Shown here one piece after another: positions 1 to 8,989 of a stretch of 64,000 nt of DNA. Source of the stretch: Candidatus Limnocylindrales bacterium (GTDB taxonomy: Bacteria; Chloroflexota; Limnocylindria; Limnocylindrales; CSP1-4); contig JBBQDL010000003.1 of the NCBI GenBank assembly GCA_038319665.1, positions 11,129 through 75,128 on the forward strand. Direction: 5' to 3'. Under the pieces are notes generated by a model. It saw nothing but the letters and a program-made list of their open reading frames with translations, searched no databases and was not told the DNA's origin. Numbering within the stretch: position 1 is the stretch's first letter; the number at the start of each line of letters is the position of its first letter. A program made the position numbers and the translations under genes.

Positions 1-1
1 C

Positions 2-184
2 CCAGCGGGCCGGGCCGGTACAGGCTATGCCTTCCCGGGCGGCGGGGCGACGTGGGTCCAGGCCGGGGCGCTCCCGGTCGGCCACCTGTGCGCAGTCAAG
101 GCCCGCGTCGCGCTGGCGCTTGGGCTGGGTGCAGGGCTCGATCGCGCAGGGCTGCTGGCGCTCCTTGCGGACCCGCTACCCTGA
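2..184 (+). CDS. L-asparaginase family protein, C-terminal fragment (runs off window start)
   Basis: Frame 2 translated by hand: ...GYAFPGGGATWVQAGALPVGHLCAVKARVALALGLGAG...*, resembling the asparaginase C-terminal GxL--xKARxxLxL pattern; TGA at 182-184. Confidence 0.6.
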   Translation, partial: PAGRAGTGYAFPGGGATWVQAGALPVGHLCAVKARVALALGLGAGLDRAGLLALLADPLP

Positions 185-188
185 CCGG

Positions 189-1838
189 GTGCCGCTCGAC
201 GCCCTCCTCACCGGCCGCATCGCCACGCTTGCCGGAGCGTCCGGGTTCGGATGGGTCGAGGCGATCGGGATCCGCGACGGCCGGGTCGCCTTCGCCGGCC
301 CCGAGGTCTATCTCGAGACCCGGGCGGACCCGTTCACCGAACGCATCGCGTTGGAGCCGGACGAGGTGGCACTCCCCGGGCTGACCGACGCGCATATGCA
401 TCTGGCGAGGGCGGCCGTCGCGACCCGCCACCTCGACCTCACGAGTGCCGAGACGCTCGACGACGGCCTCGCGCGGATCCGGAGTGCTCACGAGGCGATC
501 CCGGACGCCTCGACCTGGCTCGAGGGTCACGGCTGGGATTCGGACCGCTGGGGTGGCTGGCCCACGGCCGCCGTCCTCGATCACGTCGCCCCCGGTCGCC
601 CGGTCGCGCTGTGGGCGCACGACCATCACGCGCTCCTGGCGAGCCGCGCGGCGCTCGCGATCGCCGGCATCGACCGATCCACGCCCGATCCTGTGGACGG
701 GGTCATCCGGCGCGGGCCGGACGACGAACCCGAGGGCGTCCTGCTCGAGTCGGCGACGACACTCCTGACCGTTCACATCCCGGTCGTCGCTGGCGCCGAC
801 CTCGAGGCCGCGATCGTTGCGATCTCGCGCGAGCTGATCTCGCTCGGTGTGGTGGCCGTCCATGATCCCGGGGGCCTCGCGCCCGACCCCGACCTCGAGG
901 GGTCATATCCGGCCTACGCGCATCTCTCGGAAACCGGTCGTATGCCGCTTCGGGTCATGGCATCGTTCTCCGACGATGCCCTCGACACGGCGCTGGCCGG
1001 CGGATTGCGCAGCGGAGCGATCCTCGGTGCCGATCCGAGCGGTCGCGCCCGCGTCGGCTGGCAGAAGTGCTTCGCGGACGGCTCCCTCGGGTCGCGGACA
1101 GCCGCACTCCTGGCCGACATCGAGCCCGAGCCCGACCGTCCACTCGCCGCCGAACGGCGGCGCGGCGTCTGGAACACCGAGCCCGAGCGCCTCCGGGAGC
1201 TGGCGGAGCGAGCCGCCGCCGGCGGGATCGCTACGCAGATCCACGCCATCGGCGATGCCGCCGTCCGGGCGGCCCTGGACGCCCTCGAACCCACCGCCAG
1301 GAGCGTCCCGTTCATGCCCCGGCTAGAGCACGTCCAGCTCCTCGACCCGGCCGATCGCGGCAGGTTCGCTGCCGGAGGGATCGCCGCGAGCGTCCAGCCT
1401 GCCCATCTCGGCACCGACGCCGCTCAGGCGAGCAAGCTGTGGGGCAAGCGAGCCGAGACGACCGGCTACACGTGGCGATCGATCGCCGAGACAGGTGCGG
1501 TTCTGGCATTCGGGACCGACGCACCCGTCGAGCCTTTCGATCCGTGGCCCGGGATCGCCCTGGCGGTCCGTCGCGAGGATCCTCGCTGGACGGCCGGCAC
1601 CCCTCCGTTCGGGCCGAGCGAGGCATTGACCCTGGAGCGCGCCATCCGCGCGGCGTGCATCGATCCACCGACCTCCGCGCGCGAGACCGATCGTGGCAGA
1701 CTCACGGTCGGCCAGCGAGCCGACGTCGTCGTTATCCCCGCCGCGGCCCTCGACGAGCCGGTCGAACCGGGCGGCGCCCTGGCCACCGCACGTCCTTCGA
1801 TCGTGATGATGGACGGCCGCGTCGTGTTCGAGGCCTAG
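189..1838 (+). CDS. Amidohydrolase family 3 (YtcJ-like) metal-dependent hydrolase
   Basis: PGLTDAHMH, IHAIGD, RLEHVQ, FGTDAP metal-binding motifs; GTG at 189 lies 6 nt after TACCCT. Confidence 0.85.
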   Translation: MPLDALLTGRIATLAGASGFGWVEAIGIRDGRVAFAGPEVYLETRADPFTERIALEPDEVALPGLTDAHMHLARAAVATRHLDLTSAETLDDGLARIRSAHEAIPDASTWLEGHGWDSDRWGGWPTAAVLDHVAPGRPVALWAHDHHALLASRAALAIAGIDRSTPDPVDGVIRRGPDDEPEGVLLESATTLLTVHIPVVAGADLEAAIVAISRELISLGVVAVHDPGGLAPDPDLEGSYPAYAHLSETGRMPLRVMASFSDDALDTALAGGLRSGAILGADPSGRARVGWQKCFADGSLGSRTAALLADIEPEPDRPLAAERRRGVWNTEPERLRELAERAAAGGIATQIHAIGDAAVRAALDALEPTARSVPFMPRLEHVQLLDPADRGRFAAGGIAASVQPAHLGTDAAQASKLWGKRAETTGYTWRSIAETGAVLAFGTDAPVEPFDPWPGIALAVRREDPRWTAGTPPFGPSEALTLERAIRAACIDPPTSARETDRGRLTVGQRADVVVIPAAALDEPVEPGGALATARPSIVMMDGRVVFEA

Positions 1839-1859
1839 CAGCGCACCGGAGACGACCGA

Positions 1860-3245
1860 TCAGGAATAGGGCTTGTCGAGCTCGCGGCGTGCGTCGGCGA
1901 AGAGGCCGTTGAAGATCCTCGATGTCGACGGAAAGGCGTGGATCGTCTCGGCCAGGACGTCGATCGTGACGCGCGCCTTGATGGCAACGACGCACTCGTG
2001 GATCGCGGCGGACGCGTCCGGGCAGGCCATCGCGGCGCCCAGCAGCTGCCGGCTCTTGCGGTCGACGACGATGGTCACGTGTCCGAATTTGGCCTGAACG
2101 GCGTATCCCCTCGGGCTCTTGGCGAAGTCTGCGACGAGCTCGAAGGCGTCAAGGCCGGCCTCGAACGCCCCATCGAGCGTCAACCCGACGGACGACGCCT
2201 CGGGGTCGGTGTAGGTCGCCCGTGGGAGCGCCCGGTAGTCCGGCATGATCGGCTCGCCGAGCGCCATCCGCACCGCAACCTCGCCCTGGTAGTGACCCTG
2301 GTGCGTGTGCAGCTCGGGACCGGCCGGGTCGCCGATCACCCATAACCCGTCGGCGATCTTGAGGCGGCCGTCGCGGGGGAAGGGGGTCCGCCCGGTGGTG
2401 TCGATCCCGTAGTGCTCGAGTCCGAGGTCCTCGATCGGGAAGGTCCGTCCGACCGCGAGGAGGACGACGTGACCCTCGGCCGTCGAGCCGTCGTCCAGGT
2501 CGATCACGTGCGCTCCGTCCTTCCCGGCGCCGGCCCGGGCACGCAGCGCTCGGACACCGGTCCGCACCTTGACCCCGTCCTCCTCGAGCGTGGCCCGGAC
2601 GACTTCCGAGTTTCGGGGGTGATCCGTCGGCGCCAGCCGTGGCCCGGACTGGACGATGGTCGTCGGCACGCCGAACCGTGCATAGACCTGGGCGAGCTCG
2701 CAACCGGTCGGGCCACCGCCCAGCACGACCATGCTGGCGGGCAGCTCCCGGGCCAGGGTCGCCTCGCGATTGGTCCACGTCGGGATCTCGTCGATCCCGT
2801 CGATGGGGGGCCGCTTGGAGTTCGACCCGACCGCGATGACGACGTTCGTGGCGGTCAATCCGTGCGCGGCGTCGTCATGCCGGACAGTGACCTTCCCACG
2901 ATCGGAGATCGCCCCCGTTCCACGATAGACGACGGCACCCGCGGCGGTCAGCGCCTTGCGATGCCCGGAATCGTCGGGCTCTGCCGCGTCGGGCGCGCGG
3001 TTGATCATGAAGTCGCGCTGCCTGGAGGCGGCTGGCCAGTCGTAGGCAGCGGGGTTCGCATGGTGCCGGGCGGCGCCGTTGAGGAGCGACTTCGACGGCA
3101 GGCAGCCGATGTGCGGACAGCTGCCACCGAACCACTCCTTCTCGATGACGGCGACCGAGGCGCCGAGCTCGCGCGCTTTGTACGCGGCGGCCTCGCCGGC
3201 CGGTCCAGCCCCGATGATCACGAAATCGAAGGTTTCCACGATCAC
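1860..3245 (-). CDS. Pyridine nucleotide-disulfide oxidoreductase (dihydrolipoamide dehydrogenase/MerA-like family)
   Basis: GAGPAG FAD-binding motif, GGSCPHIGCLPSK redox disulfide, GGGPTG NAD-binding motif, C-terminal dimerisation domain; no C-terminal Cys-Cys. Confidence 0.85.
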   Translation of the reverse strand: MIVETFDFVIIGAGPAGEAAAYKARELGASVAVIEKEWFGGSCPHIGCLPSKSLLNGAARHHANPAAYDWPAASRQRDFMINRAPDAAEPDDSGHRKALTAAGAVVYRGTGAISDRGKVTVRHDDAAHGLTATNVVIAVGSNSKRPPIDGIDEIPTWTNREATLARELPASMVVLGGGPTGCELAQVYARFGVPTTIVQSGPRLAPTDHPRNSEVVRATLEEDGVKVRTGVRALRARAGAGKDGAHVIDLDDGSTAEGHVVLLAVGRTFPIEDLGLEHYGIDTTGRTPFPRDGRLKIADGLWVIGDPAGPELHTHQGHYQGEVAVRMALGEPIMPDYRALPRATYTDPEASSVGLTLDGAFEAGLDAFELVADFAKSPRGYAVQAKFGHVTIVVDRKSRQLLGAAMACPDASAAIHECVVAIKARVTIDVLAETIHAFPSTSRIFNGLFADARRELDKPYS

Positions 3246-4108
3246 CCCCTGGTGGTGCTTGGCCGGGCTGCAATGGCGCTTGACGGGAGATCGCGCTGGC
3301 GGCGCATTTCATAGAGCAGGATGGCGGCACTGATCGAGACATTGAGGCTGTCGGCGGCGCCGAGCATCGGCAGTCGAACGGTCTCGACCTCGTTGCCGGC
3401 CCAGGCCGCTGTGAGGCCGTCGGCCTCCGCGCCGACCACGAGTGCAAGCGGCCCGGTCAGATCGATTTCGGTGTAGAGCCGCGGGGCGTCGACGCGGGCC
3501 GCGACGATTCGGATCCCGCGCTCGAGCAGCCACGCCTTGACGTTCGTCGAGGGCGCCGCCCCGAGCTGGACCGTGAACATCGTTCCGGCGCTCGCACGGA
3601 TGGCATTCGGGTTGAAGAGATCGGTCCGCGGCGAGGCGGCCACGACGGCATCGACGCCTGCCCCGTCCGCGCTGCGCAGGATGGCGCCGAGGTTACCCGG
3701 TTTCTCGACGCCTTCGACCACCGCGATGAGCGGCGCGGCAGGGAGCCTGAGGTCGGCGAGCGCGGTCGACGGGATGCGCACGACCGCGACCAGACCTTCC
3801 GACCGCTCGCCGAAGGCGACCTTGGCGAAGACGGCCTCGCTGGTGGACTGGACCGAGGTCGCGCCCGCACGCAGGAGATCGAGAGCGGCGCGAGCGTCCG
3901 GGCCCGCGAGGAGCGGCTCGCACACGAAGGCTTCGACGACCTCGATCCCGGCTTCGAGCGCACGACGGACTTCGCGCGCCCCATCGATGAGGGTGAGACC
4001 GGTCCGATCTCGCTCACGCCGGTCGCGTAGCGCGGTCGCCGCCTTGACCCGCGGGTTGGCGAGACTGGTCAGGAGCGGCGGGGCAGGAGAGACCATCGGC
4101 GTCATCAT
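3242..4108 (-). CDS. TrmH/SpoU family RNA methyltransferase
   Basis: EKPGNLGAILRSADGAG, VVGAEADGL, DSLNVSISAAILLYE SPOUT motifs. Confidence 0.92.
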   Translation of the reverse strand: MMTPMVSPAPPLLTSLANPRVKAATALRDRRERDRTGLTLIDGAREVRRALEAGIEVVEAFVCEPLLAGPDARAALDLLRAGATSVQSTSEAVFAKVAFGERSEGLVAVVRIPSTALADLRLPAAPLIAVVEGVEKPGNLGAILRSADGAGVDAVVAASPRTDLFNPNAIRASAGTMFTVQLGAAPSTNVKAWLLERGIRIVAARVDAPRLYTEIDLTGPLALVVGAEADGLTAAWAGNEVETVRLPMLGAADSLNVSISAAILLYEMRRQRDLPSSAIAARPSTTRG

Positions 4109-4944
4109 GCCCCGCCTGCGATCCGCGCGAACGCTCCGAGGGCGAGGCCCCGACCGTCCAGCGTCGTCAGCTCAAGTTCGGCCGCTTCGACATCGGCCGA
4201 TCGGCGACCGAGCGTTCCACCCAGGAGGCTTGCCAGCCGACCCGGATCGAATTCGGACGTGTGGGCCGTGAGGAGTACGAAGGCATCAGGTTCGAGAAGC
4301 CGCCCGGCGGTGGCGAGCAGCGGCTCCAGGCCATCGTCGATCCGCCAGGCAGTGCCGCCGGGCCCGTGCCCGTAGCTGGGTGGATCGAGCACGAGCCCGG
4401 CATACCGGCGCCCACGTCGGACCTCGCGTTCCGTGAACGCCACGGCGTCATCGACGATCCAGCGGATGGGGTGGTCGGCGAGCCCTGACAGGTCGGCATT
4501 CCGGCGTGCCCATGCGACCGTCGAGCGGGCGGCGTCGACGTGCGTGACCGCGGCCCCTTTGGCGACCATCGCGAGCGTCGCAAGACCCGTGTAGGCAAAG
4601 AGATGCAGGACCGCGGGAGCGCCGGTCAGCCCGTTTCGTGCCCCCACGCGATCGCGCAGCCAGGGCAGCATCGCGGCATGCTCCGGGAAGAGCCCGACCT
4701 GGCCCGCCTCGGTCGTCCGCAGCTCCAGCGTCATCCCATCGATCTCGATCGGCCACGGGGTGCGGGCGGCCGGTTCGCCGCTCCATCCGCCGTTCCGATC
4801 GAACCGCAGGTCCGCGCTTCGCCACGCCTCGGGATCCCGTCGTGTGCCGAGCGCCACGGGGAGTGGCCGGTCCGTCACCCGCTCCCCGAACCGCTCGAGT
4901 CGAGCCCCACCGCCGACGTCGATCAGGACGTGGCCGCCGTCCAC
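4105..4944 (-). CDS. Class I SAM-dependent RNA methyltransferase (RlmI/RlmK-like)
   Basis: QVGLFPEH, VLHLFAYTGLAT, VTHVDAA, LVLDPPSYG motifs; GTG at 4944 just after the upstream TGA (alternative TTG at 4971). Confidence 0.8.
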   Translation of the reverse strand: MDGGHVLIDVGGGARLERFGERVTDRPLPVALGTRRDPEAWRSADLRFDRNGGWSGEPAARTPWPIEIDGMTLELRTTEAGQVGLFPEHAAMLPWLRDRVGARNGLTGAPAVLHLFAYTGLATLAMVAKGAAVTHVDAARSTVAWARRNADLSGLADHPIRWIVDDAVAFTEREVRRGRRYAGLVLDPPSYGHGPGGTAWRIDDGLEPLLATAGRLLEPDAFVLLTAHTSEFDPGRLASLLGGTLGRRSADVEAAELELTTLDGRGLALGAFARIAGGA

Positions 4945-4945
4945 C

Positions 4946-6496
4946 TCAGGGCGCCTGGGGGTTCGGGACAAGCTTGTACAACGTTCGGTCGAGCTCGGGA
5001 TAGCGCTGGCCCCATGGCAACTTGATCGTCTCGACGGGGATCGGGGTCAGGTGCGTGAAGGGCACGATCGTGTCCTCCTGGACCATGAGTGCGTAGACCG
5101 GGCGCCGCAGGACCACGCTCGCGAGGGGCCGCTCGACCGGGTCGCACGTCACGAGGGCATTCTCGTCATACGCTCGCAGGCTGACGTCGGGTCGGACACC
5201 CTCGGCGCAGTGCTCATAGCTGAGCGGCGTCAACGCATCCCAATAGGTGATCAGGACCGCGTTCGGCGGCAGGGCCGCGAAGACCTGGCTCGTGAAGCGT
5301 TCGCCATCGTGATTCGCCGACTGGTCGTGCGCACTCCAGTTCGAAACCAGGAGGACCAGCGGCAGGAGGAACGCGACGTATTGGAGGCCCGCAGCCCGCC
5401 CGCCGAACCGGCGGGCCAGGACATCCAAGACCGACTCCGCCGCGACCGCCAGCCCGATCGTGAGGATCAGCCAGGTGGTCAGCAGGTAATGGGCGAGGTC
5501 GCCAAGGTAGTTGGCATAGAAGTAGACATTGACGACCCCGAGTACGAGGAGCAGGAGCCCCACCCAACGGTCCCCGACCAACAGGAGGACGAGCCCGACC
5601 AGCCCGGCCACGAGGAAGACCACGTTCGAGAGCGAGAGGAGGTGATCGATGACCTGGGGCATCGCCGCCAACGCGGCCCGGAGGCTCTCGATGGAGGTGA
5701 AATGCATGTCGCCTCGGAACTGGGCGCCGCTGACATGCGCGAAGAACCCGTTCCAGGTGAGAAACGACCCATAGACATCGTGCGGCCCGACGAGTGCGCG
5801 AAGGTAGAGGTACAGATACGGCGTGAGGCCCAGAACGAAGGCGCCGGCGGCCTTGACCAGTACGAGCGGATAGGAGGCGGTCTCGCGCCGGGCATCGAAC
5901 AGCACGAACAGGATGACGATGGGCACGACGGTGATCGCCAGGCCGTGGTTCGAGACGCACAGTCCGCCCAGCAACGCCCCGATCACCAGGTCACGGTCGC
6001 GGCGCTCGGCGCGCCAGACCAACGCCCGATGGATGAGGAGCGCGACGAGCAGCAGGTGAAGGCTGTTCATCTCGGAGAAGGTGGCCTCTTCCCAGAGCGT
6101 GCCGGTGAAGGCCAGGCTGAGCCCAGCGGCCCCGGCGATGTCCGGTCGCGCGCCAAGCCGCACGGTGATCAGGACGGCCACTCCGACAGCCCCGGCCGCC
6201 GCCATCCCGGACAGGAAGTTGGCGCGCCAGGCCTCGGACTCGAGGGGGATCATGCTGAACAACTTGCCGAGCAGTGTGTAGAACGGGTAGCCGGTCGGGT
6301 GCAGGATGCCGAGGCGCGCCGGGATGTACTCCGACTCGGCCCAGTCCCCGAAGCTGACCCCGGGCAGCATGGTCCGGACGTAGACGATGGCGGCGACCGC
6401 GAAAGAACCGAATGCGGCCAGGTTCGCCGGGCTCACACGCGCACGGACGCGGTCGAGCGACTGGTGGCTGGCGCCGATCGGGGTCGAGATGGCCAT
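4946..6496 (-). CDS. DUF2723/TMEM260-like multi-pass membrane glycosyltransferase (GT-C)
   Basis: GDWAE, GILHPTGYPFYTLLG, GLCVSNH motifs and many hydrophobic helices. Confidence 0.8.
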   Translation of the reverse strand: MAISTPIGASHQSLDRVRARVSPANLAAFGSFAVAAIVYVRTMLPGVSFGDWAESEYIPARLGILHPTGYPFYTLLGKLFSMIPLESEAWRANFLSGMAAAGAVGVAVLITVRLGARPDIAGAAGLSLAFTGTLWEEATFSEMNSLHLLLVALLIHRALVWRAERRDRDLVIGALLGGLCVSNHGLAITVVPIVILFVLFDARRETASYPLVLVKAAGAFVLGLTPYLYLYLRALVGPHDVYGSFLTWNGFFAHVSGAQFRGDMHFTSIESLRAALAAMPQVIDHLLSLSNVVFLVAGLVGLVLLLVGDRWVGLLLLVLGVVNVYFYANYLGDLAHYLLTTWLILTIGLAVAAESVLDVLARRFGGRAAGLQYVAFLLPLVLLVSNWSAHDQSANHDGERFTSQVFAALPPNAVLITYWDALTPLSYEHCAEGVRPDVSLRAYDENALVTCDPVERPLASVVLRRPVYALMVQEDTIVPFTHLTPIPVETIKLPWGQRYPELDRTLYKLVPNPQAP

Positions 6497-6574
6497 CCGG
6501 GGGCACGCTCTCCGGCTACAAACCGCCCGAGGCTAGCACAGGATCCCGGCGGCCTCCGTGGCGCCCGACGTGCC

Positions 6575-6601
6575 GGGCGCGGGCGGGGCGCGGGCGGGGG
6601 G
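6575..6601 (+). other. G-run tract (potential G-quadruplex) upstream of a TATGAT -10-like hexamer
   Basis: GGG-CGC-GGG-C-GGGG-CGC-GGG-C-GGGGGG, five runs of at least 3 G; TATGAT at 6616-6621. Confidence 0.4.
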
Positions 6602-6878
6602 CGCGCCGGCCGCGGTATGATGCGGCCTCGCCGCTGGCTCCACGACCGGCGGCTGCGGCTTCGGCACGGACGTGGAACACCCGTGAACCAAACGGATCCG
6701 TGGCCGACGGGCCGGGCGAGCGGCGAGTTCCTCCCCTCAGCCGCGAACAGCGCGTGTCGTTGCGCTCGTGGCGCCGAGGCTCGCGCGGCGCGCTACGCGT
6801 CCTTCCTCGCCCACCTCCGGCAAGTCGCGGAGGAATGACGAGGCGGTGGACGTCTGGTATCGTCAGCTCTCGTGACGC

Positions 6879-6955
6879 GGGCGGCTAGCTCAGCTGGTTA
6901 GAGCACTTGCTTGACATGCAAGAGGTCACTGGTTCGAGTCCAGTGTCGCCCACCA
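6879..6955 (+). tRNA. tRNA-Val(GAC)
   Basis: GGGCGGC acceptor stem, D-arm TAGCTCAGCTGGTTAGAGC, anticodon stem CTTGC-TTGACAT-GCAAG, GGTTCGAGTCC T-arm, encoded CCA. Confidence 0.97.
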
Positions 6956-7018
6956 CATCGCACCTCTTGTCCGATCGAGGATGAGGGGTGTCGTGATTCT
7001 CAAGCAGGGGCGTAGGCC

Positions 7019-8875
7019 ATGACGGACAAGCAGCCGAAGGACGTTGACGACGAGGAGGTCGAGCTCGGCTTCGATGCGCCCGAACGCGGGTCGGCGGACG
7101 AGCTGCTCGATGCCGGCGCGCACAGCGAGATCGACGCGATGCGCCACTCCGCGGCACACGTCATGGCCGAAGCGGTCCTGGACCTCTTCCCGGGCACAAA
7201 GCTCGGCATCGGACCGGCCATCGCGGACGGCTTCTACTACGACTTCGCCCTGCCTCGGCCGCTCACGCCCGATGACCTGTCGGCGATCGAGGAGCGGATG
7301 ACCGCCAGCATCGCCGCCGACCATCCCTTCGTCCGTCGTGAGCTGCCGCCGGCCGAGGGGCGCGCGTTCTTCGCTGAGCGCGACCAGCCGTTCAAGGTGG
7401 AGATCCTCGATGATCTCGCCACCAAGGCCGAGCGCGAGGGCACGCCGATGCCGCCCACGACGCTGTATGAGCACGGCCCCTTCGTCGACCTGTGCAAGGG
7501 TCCACACGTGGCTTCGACCGGGAAGATCGGTCCGTTCAAGCTCCTCGCGGTCGCCGGCGCCTACTGGCGAGGCGACGAGAAGCGGGACATGCTCCAGCGC
7601 GTCTACGGCACCGTCTGGCCGACCCAGGAGGAGCTCGACCAGTTCTTGTGGCGGCGCGAGGAAGCGAAGAAGCGCGACCACCGCCGGCTCGGTGTCCAGC
7701 TCGACCTGTTCAGCTTCCACGACGTCAGCCCTGGCTCGGCCTTTTGGCACCCGAAGGGCCAGCGGCTGTGGCGGACGCTCGAGACCTCGATGCGCGAGCT
7801 CCAGGAGCGGCGGGGCTACCAGGAGATCAGCACCCCGATCGTGGTCAGCCAGCGTCTGTGGCAGCAGTCCGGCCACTGGGACCTCTACCGCGACAACATG
7901 TTCCTGATCGAATCCGAGGGCCAGACCTTCAGCCTCAAGCCGATGAACTGCCCCGAAAGCACATTCGTCTACCGCTCCCACCTGCGCTCATACCGCGACC
8001 TGCCGCTTCGTTTTAACGAGTACGGACGGCTCCATCGCAACGAGCGTTCGGGAACGCTGAGTGGCCTGACCCGCGTCCGCCAGTTCACCCAGGACGACGC
8101 GCACATCTTCGTCCGACCCGACCAGCTCACCGACGAGATCGAAGCACTCCTCGGAGAGGTTCGGGAGTCCTACGGCTGGTTCGGGCTAACGCCCCGCTTC
8201 GCGTTCGCGACCAAGCCGGACAAGGCGCTCGGCGATCCGGCGCTGTGGGAGCGCGCCGAGCAACTCATCCGGGAGGCATTCGCGGCCGCCGACATCAGCT
8301 ACGTCCTCAAGCCCAAGGACGGCACCTTCTACGCACCCAAGATCGACATCTACATCGACGATGCGCTCGGCCGCGAATGGCAGATGGCGACCATCCAGGT
8401 CGACCTGGTCATGCTGCCCGAACGCTTCGACCTGACCTACATCGACGAGACCGGCCAGCCGCAGCGCCCGATCGCCATCCACCGCGCGATCTACGGCTCG
8501 CTCGAACGGTTCATCGGCATCCTGGTCGAGCATTTCGCGGGTGCGTTCCCGTTGTGGTTGGCGCCCGTCCAGGCCGTCGTCATCCCGATCGCCGACCGTC
8601 ACGCCGAGGCGGCCGGCGAGTTGACCGCGGTCCTGCAGGCGCGCGGTCTGCGGGTCGAGGTGGACACCTCGGACAACCGGATGCAGAACAAGATCCGGCT
8701 GGCGCAGGAGCAGAAGGTGCCGTACATGCTGGTCCTGGGCGATCGCGAGATCGAGGCGCGCACGGTCGCCCCGCGGGCGCGCAGCGCCGCGCGGGGCGAG
8801 CAACAGGAGGCCGTTCCGTGGGACGCGCTGGCCGATCGCCTGGCGGAGGAATCGAGCGCCCGAACGGTCGGCTGA
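7019..8875 (+). CDS. thrS: Threonine--tRNA ligase (no TGS domain)
   Basis: RHSAAHVMA, DLCKGPH, RDHRRLG, LKPMNCP, HRNERSG, HRAIYGSLERF motifs. Confidence 0.97.
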   Translation: MTDKQPKDVDDEEVELGFDAPERGSADELLDAGAHSEIDAMRHSAAHVMAEAVLDLFPGTKLGIGPAIADGFYYDFALPRPLTPDDLSAIEERMTASIAADHPFVRRELPPAEGRAFFAERDQPFKVEILDDLATKAEREGTPMPPTTLYEHGPFVDLCKGPHVASTGKIGPFKLLAVAGAYWRGDEKRDMLQRVYGTVWPTQEELDQFLWRREEAKKRDHRRLGVQLDLFSFHDVSPGSAFWHPKGQRLWRTLETSMRELQERRGYQEISTPIVVSQRLWQQSGHWDLYRDNMFLIESEGQTFSLKPMNCPESTFVYRSHLRSYRDLPLRFNEYGRLHRNERSGTLSGLTRVRQFTQDDAHIFVRPDQLTDEIEALLGEVRESYGWFGLTPRFAFATKPDKALGDPALWERAEQLIREAFAAADISYVLKPKDGTFYAPKIDIYIDDALGREWQMATIQVDLVMLPERFDLTYIDETGQPQRPIAIHRAIYGSLERFIGILVEHFAGAFPLWLAPVQAVVIPIADRHAEAAGELTAVLQARGLRVEVDTSDNRMQNKIRLAQEQKVPYMLVLGDREIEARTVAPRARSAARGEQQEAVPWDALADRLAEESSARTVG

Positions 8876-8885
8876 AGCCGCGCGA

Positions 8886-8915
8886 TTGTCGCCTCTGAAA
8901 GGCCTGTGCTATCCT
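8886..8915 (+). promoter_or_regulatory. Putative sigma70 promoter for infC-rpmI-rplT
   Basis: TTGTCG (8886-8891), 18 nt spacer, extended -10 TGcTATCCT (TATCCT at 8910-8915). Confidence 0.5.
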
Positions 8916-8989
8916 CCCGCATCGGCCGGACTCCGGGTCGCGTGTTCCCGTGCCGGTCGTTCGGTATCGTCACACGAAGGGGATAGACC

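Noticed and set aside
1860-3245. Mercuric reductase MerA
   Set aside because: No C-terminal Cys-Cys pair, no NmerA domain and no mer genes nearby
6879-7018. tRNA-Val as an integration site
   Set aside because: No duplicated tRNA 3' end or integrase was found in the window; thrS follows directly
8916-8989. L20 leader riboregulator upstream of infC
   Set aside because: The position fits, but I could not confirm the structure by eye
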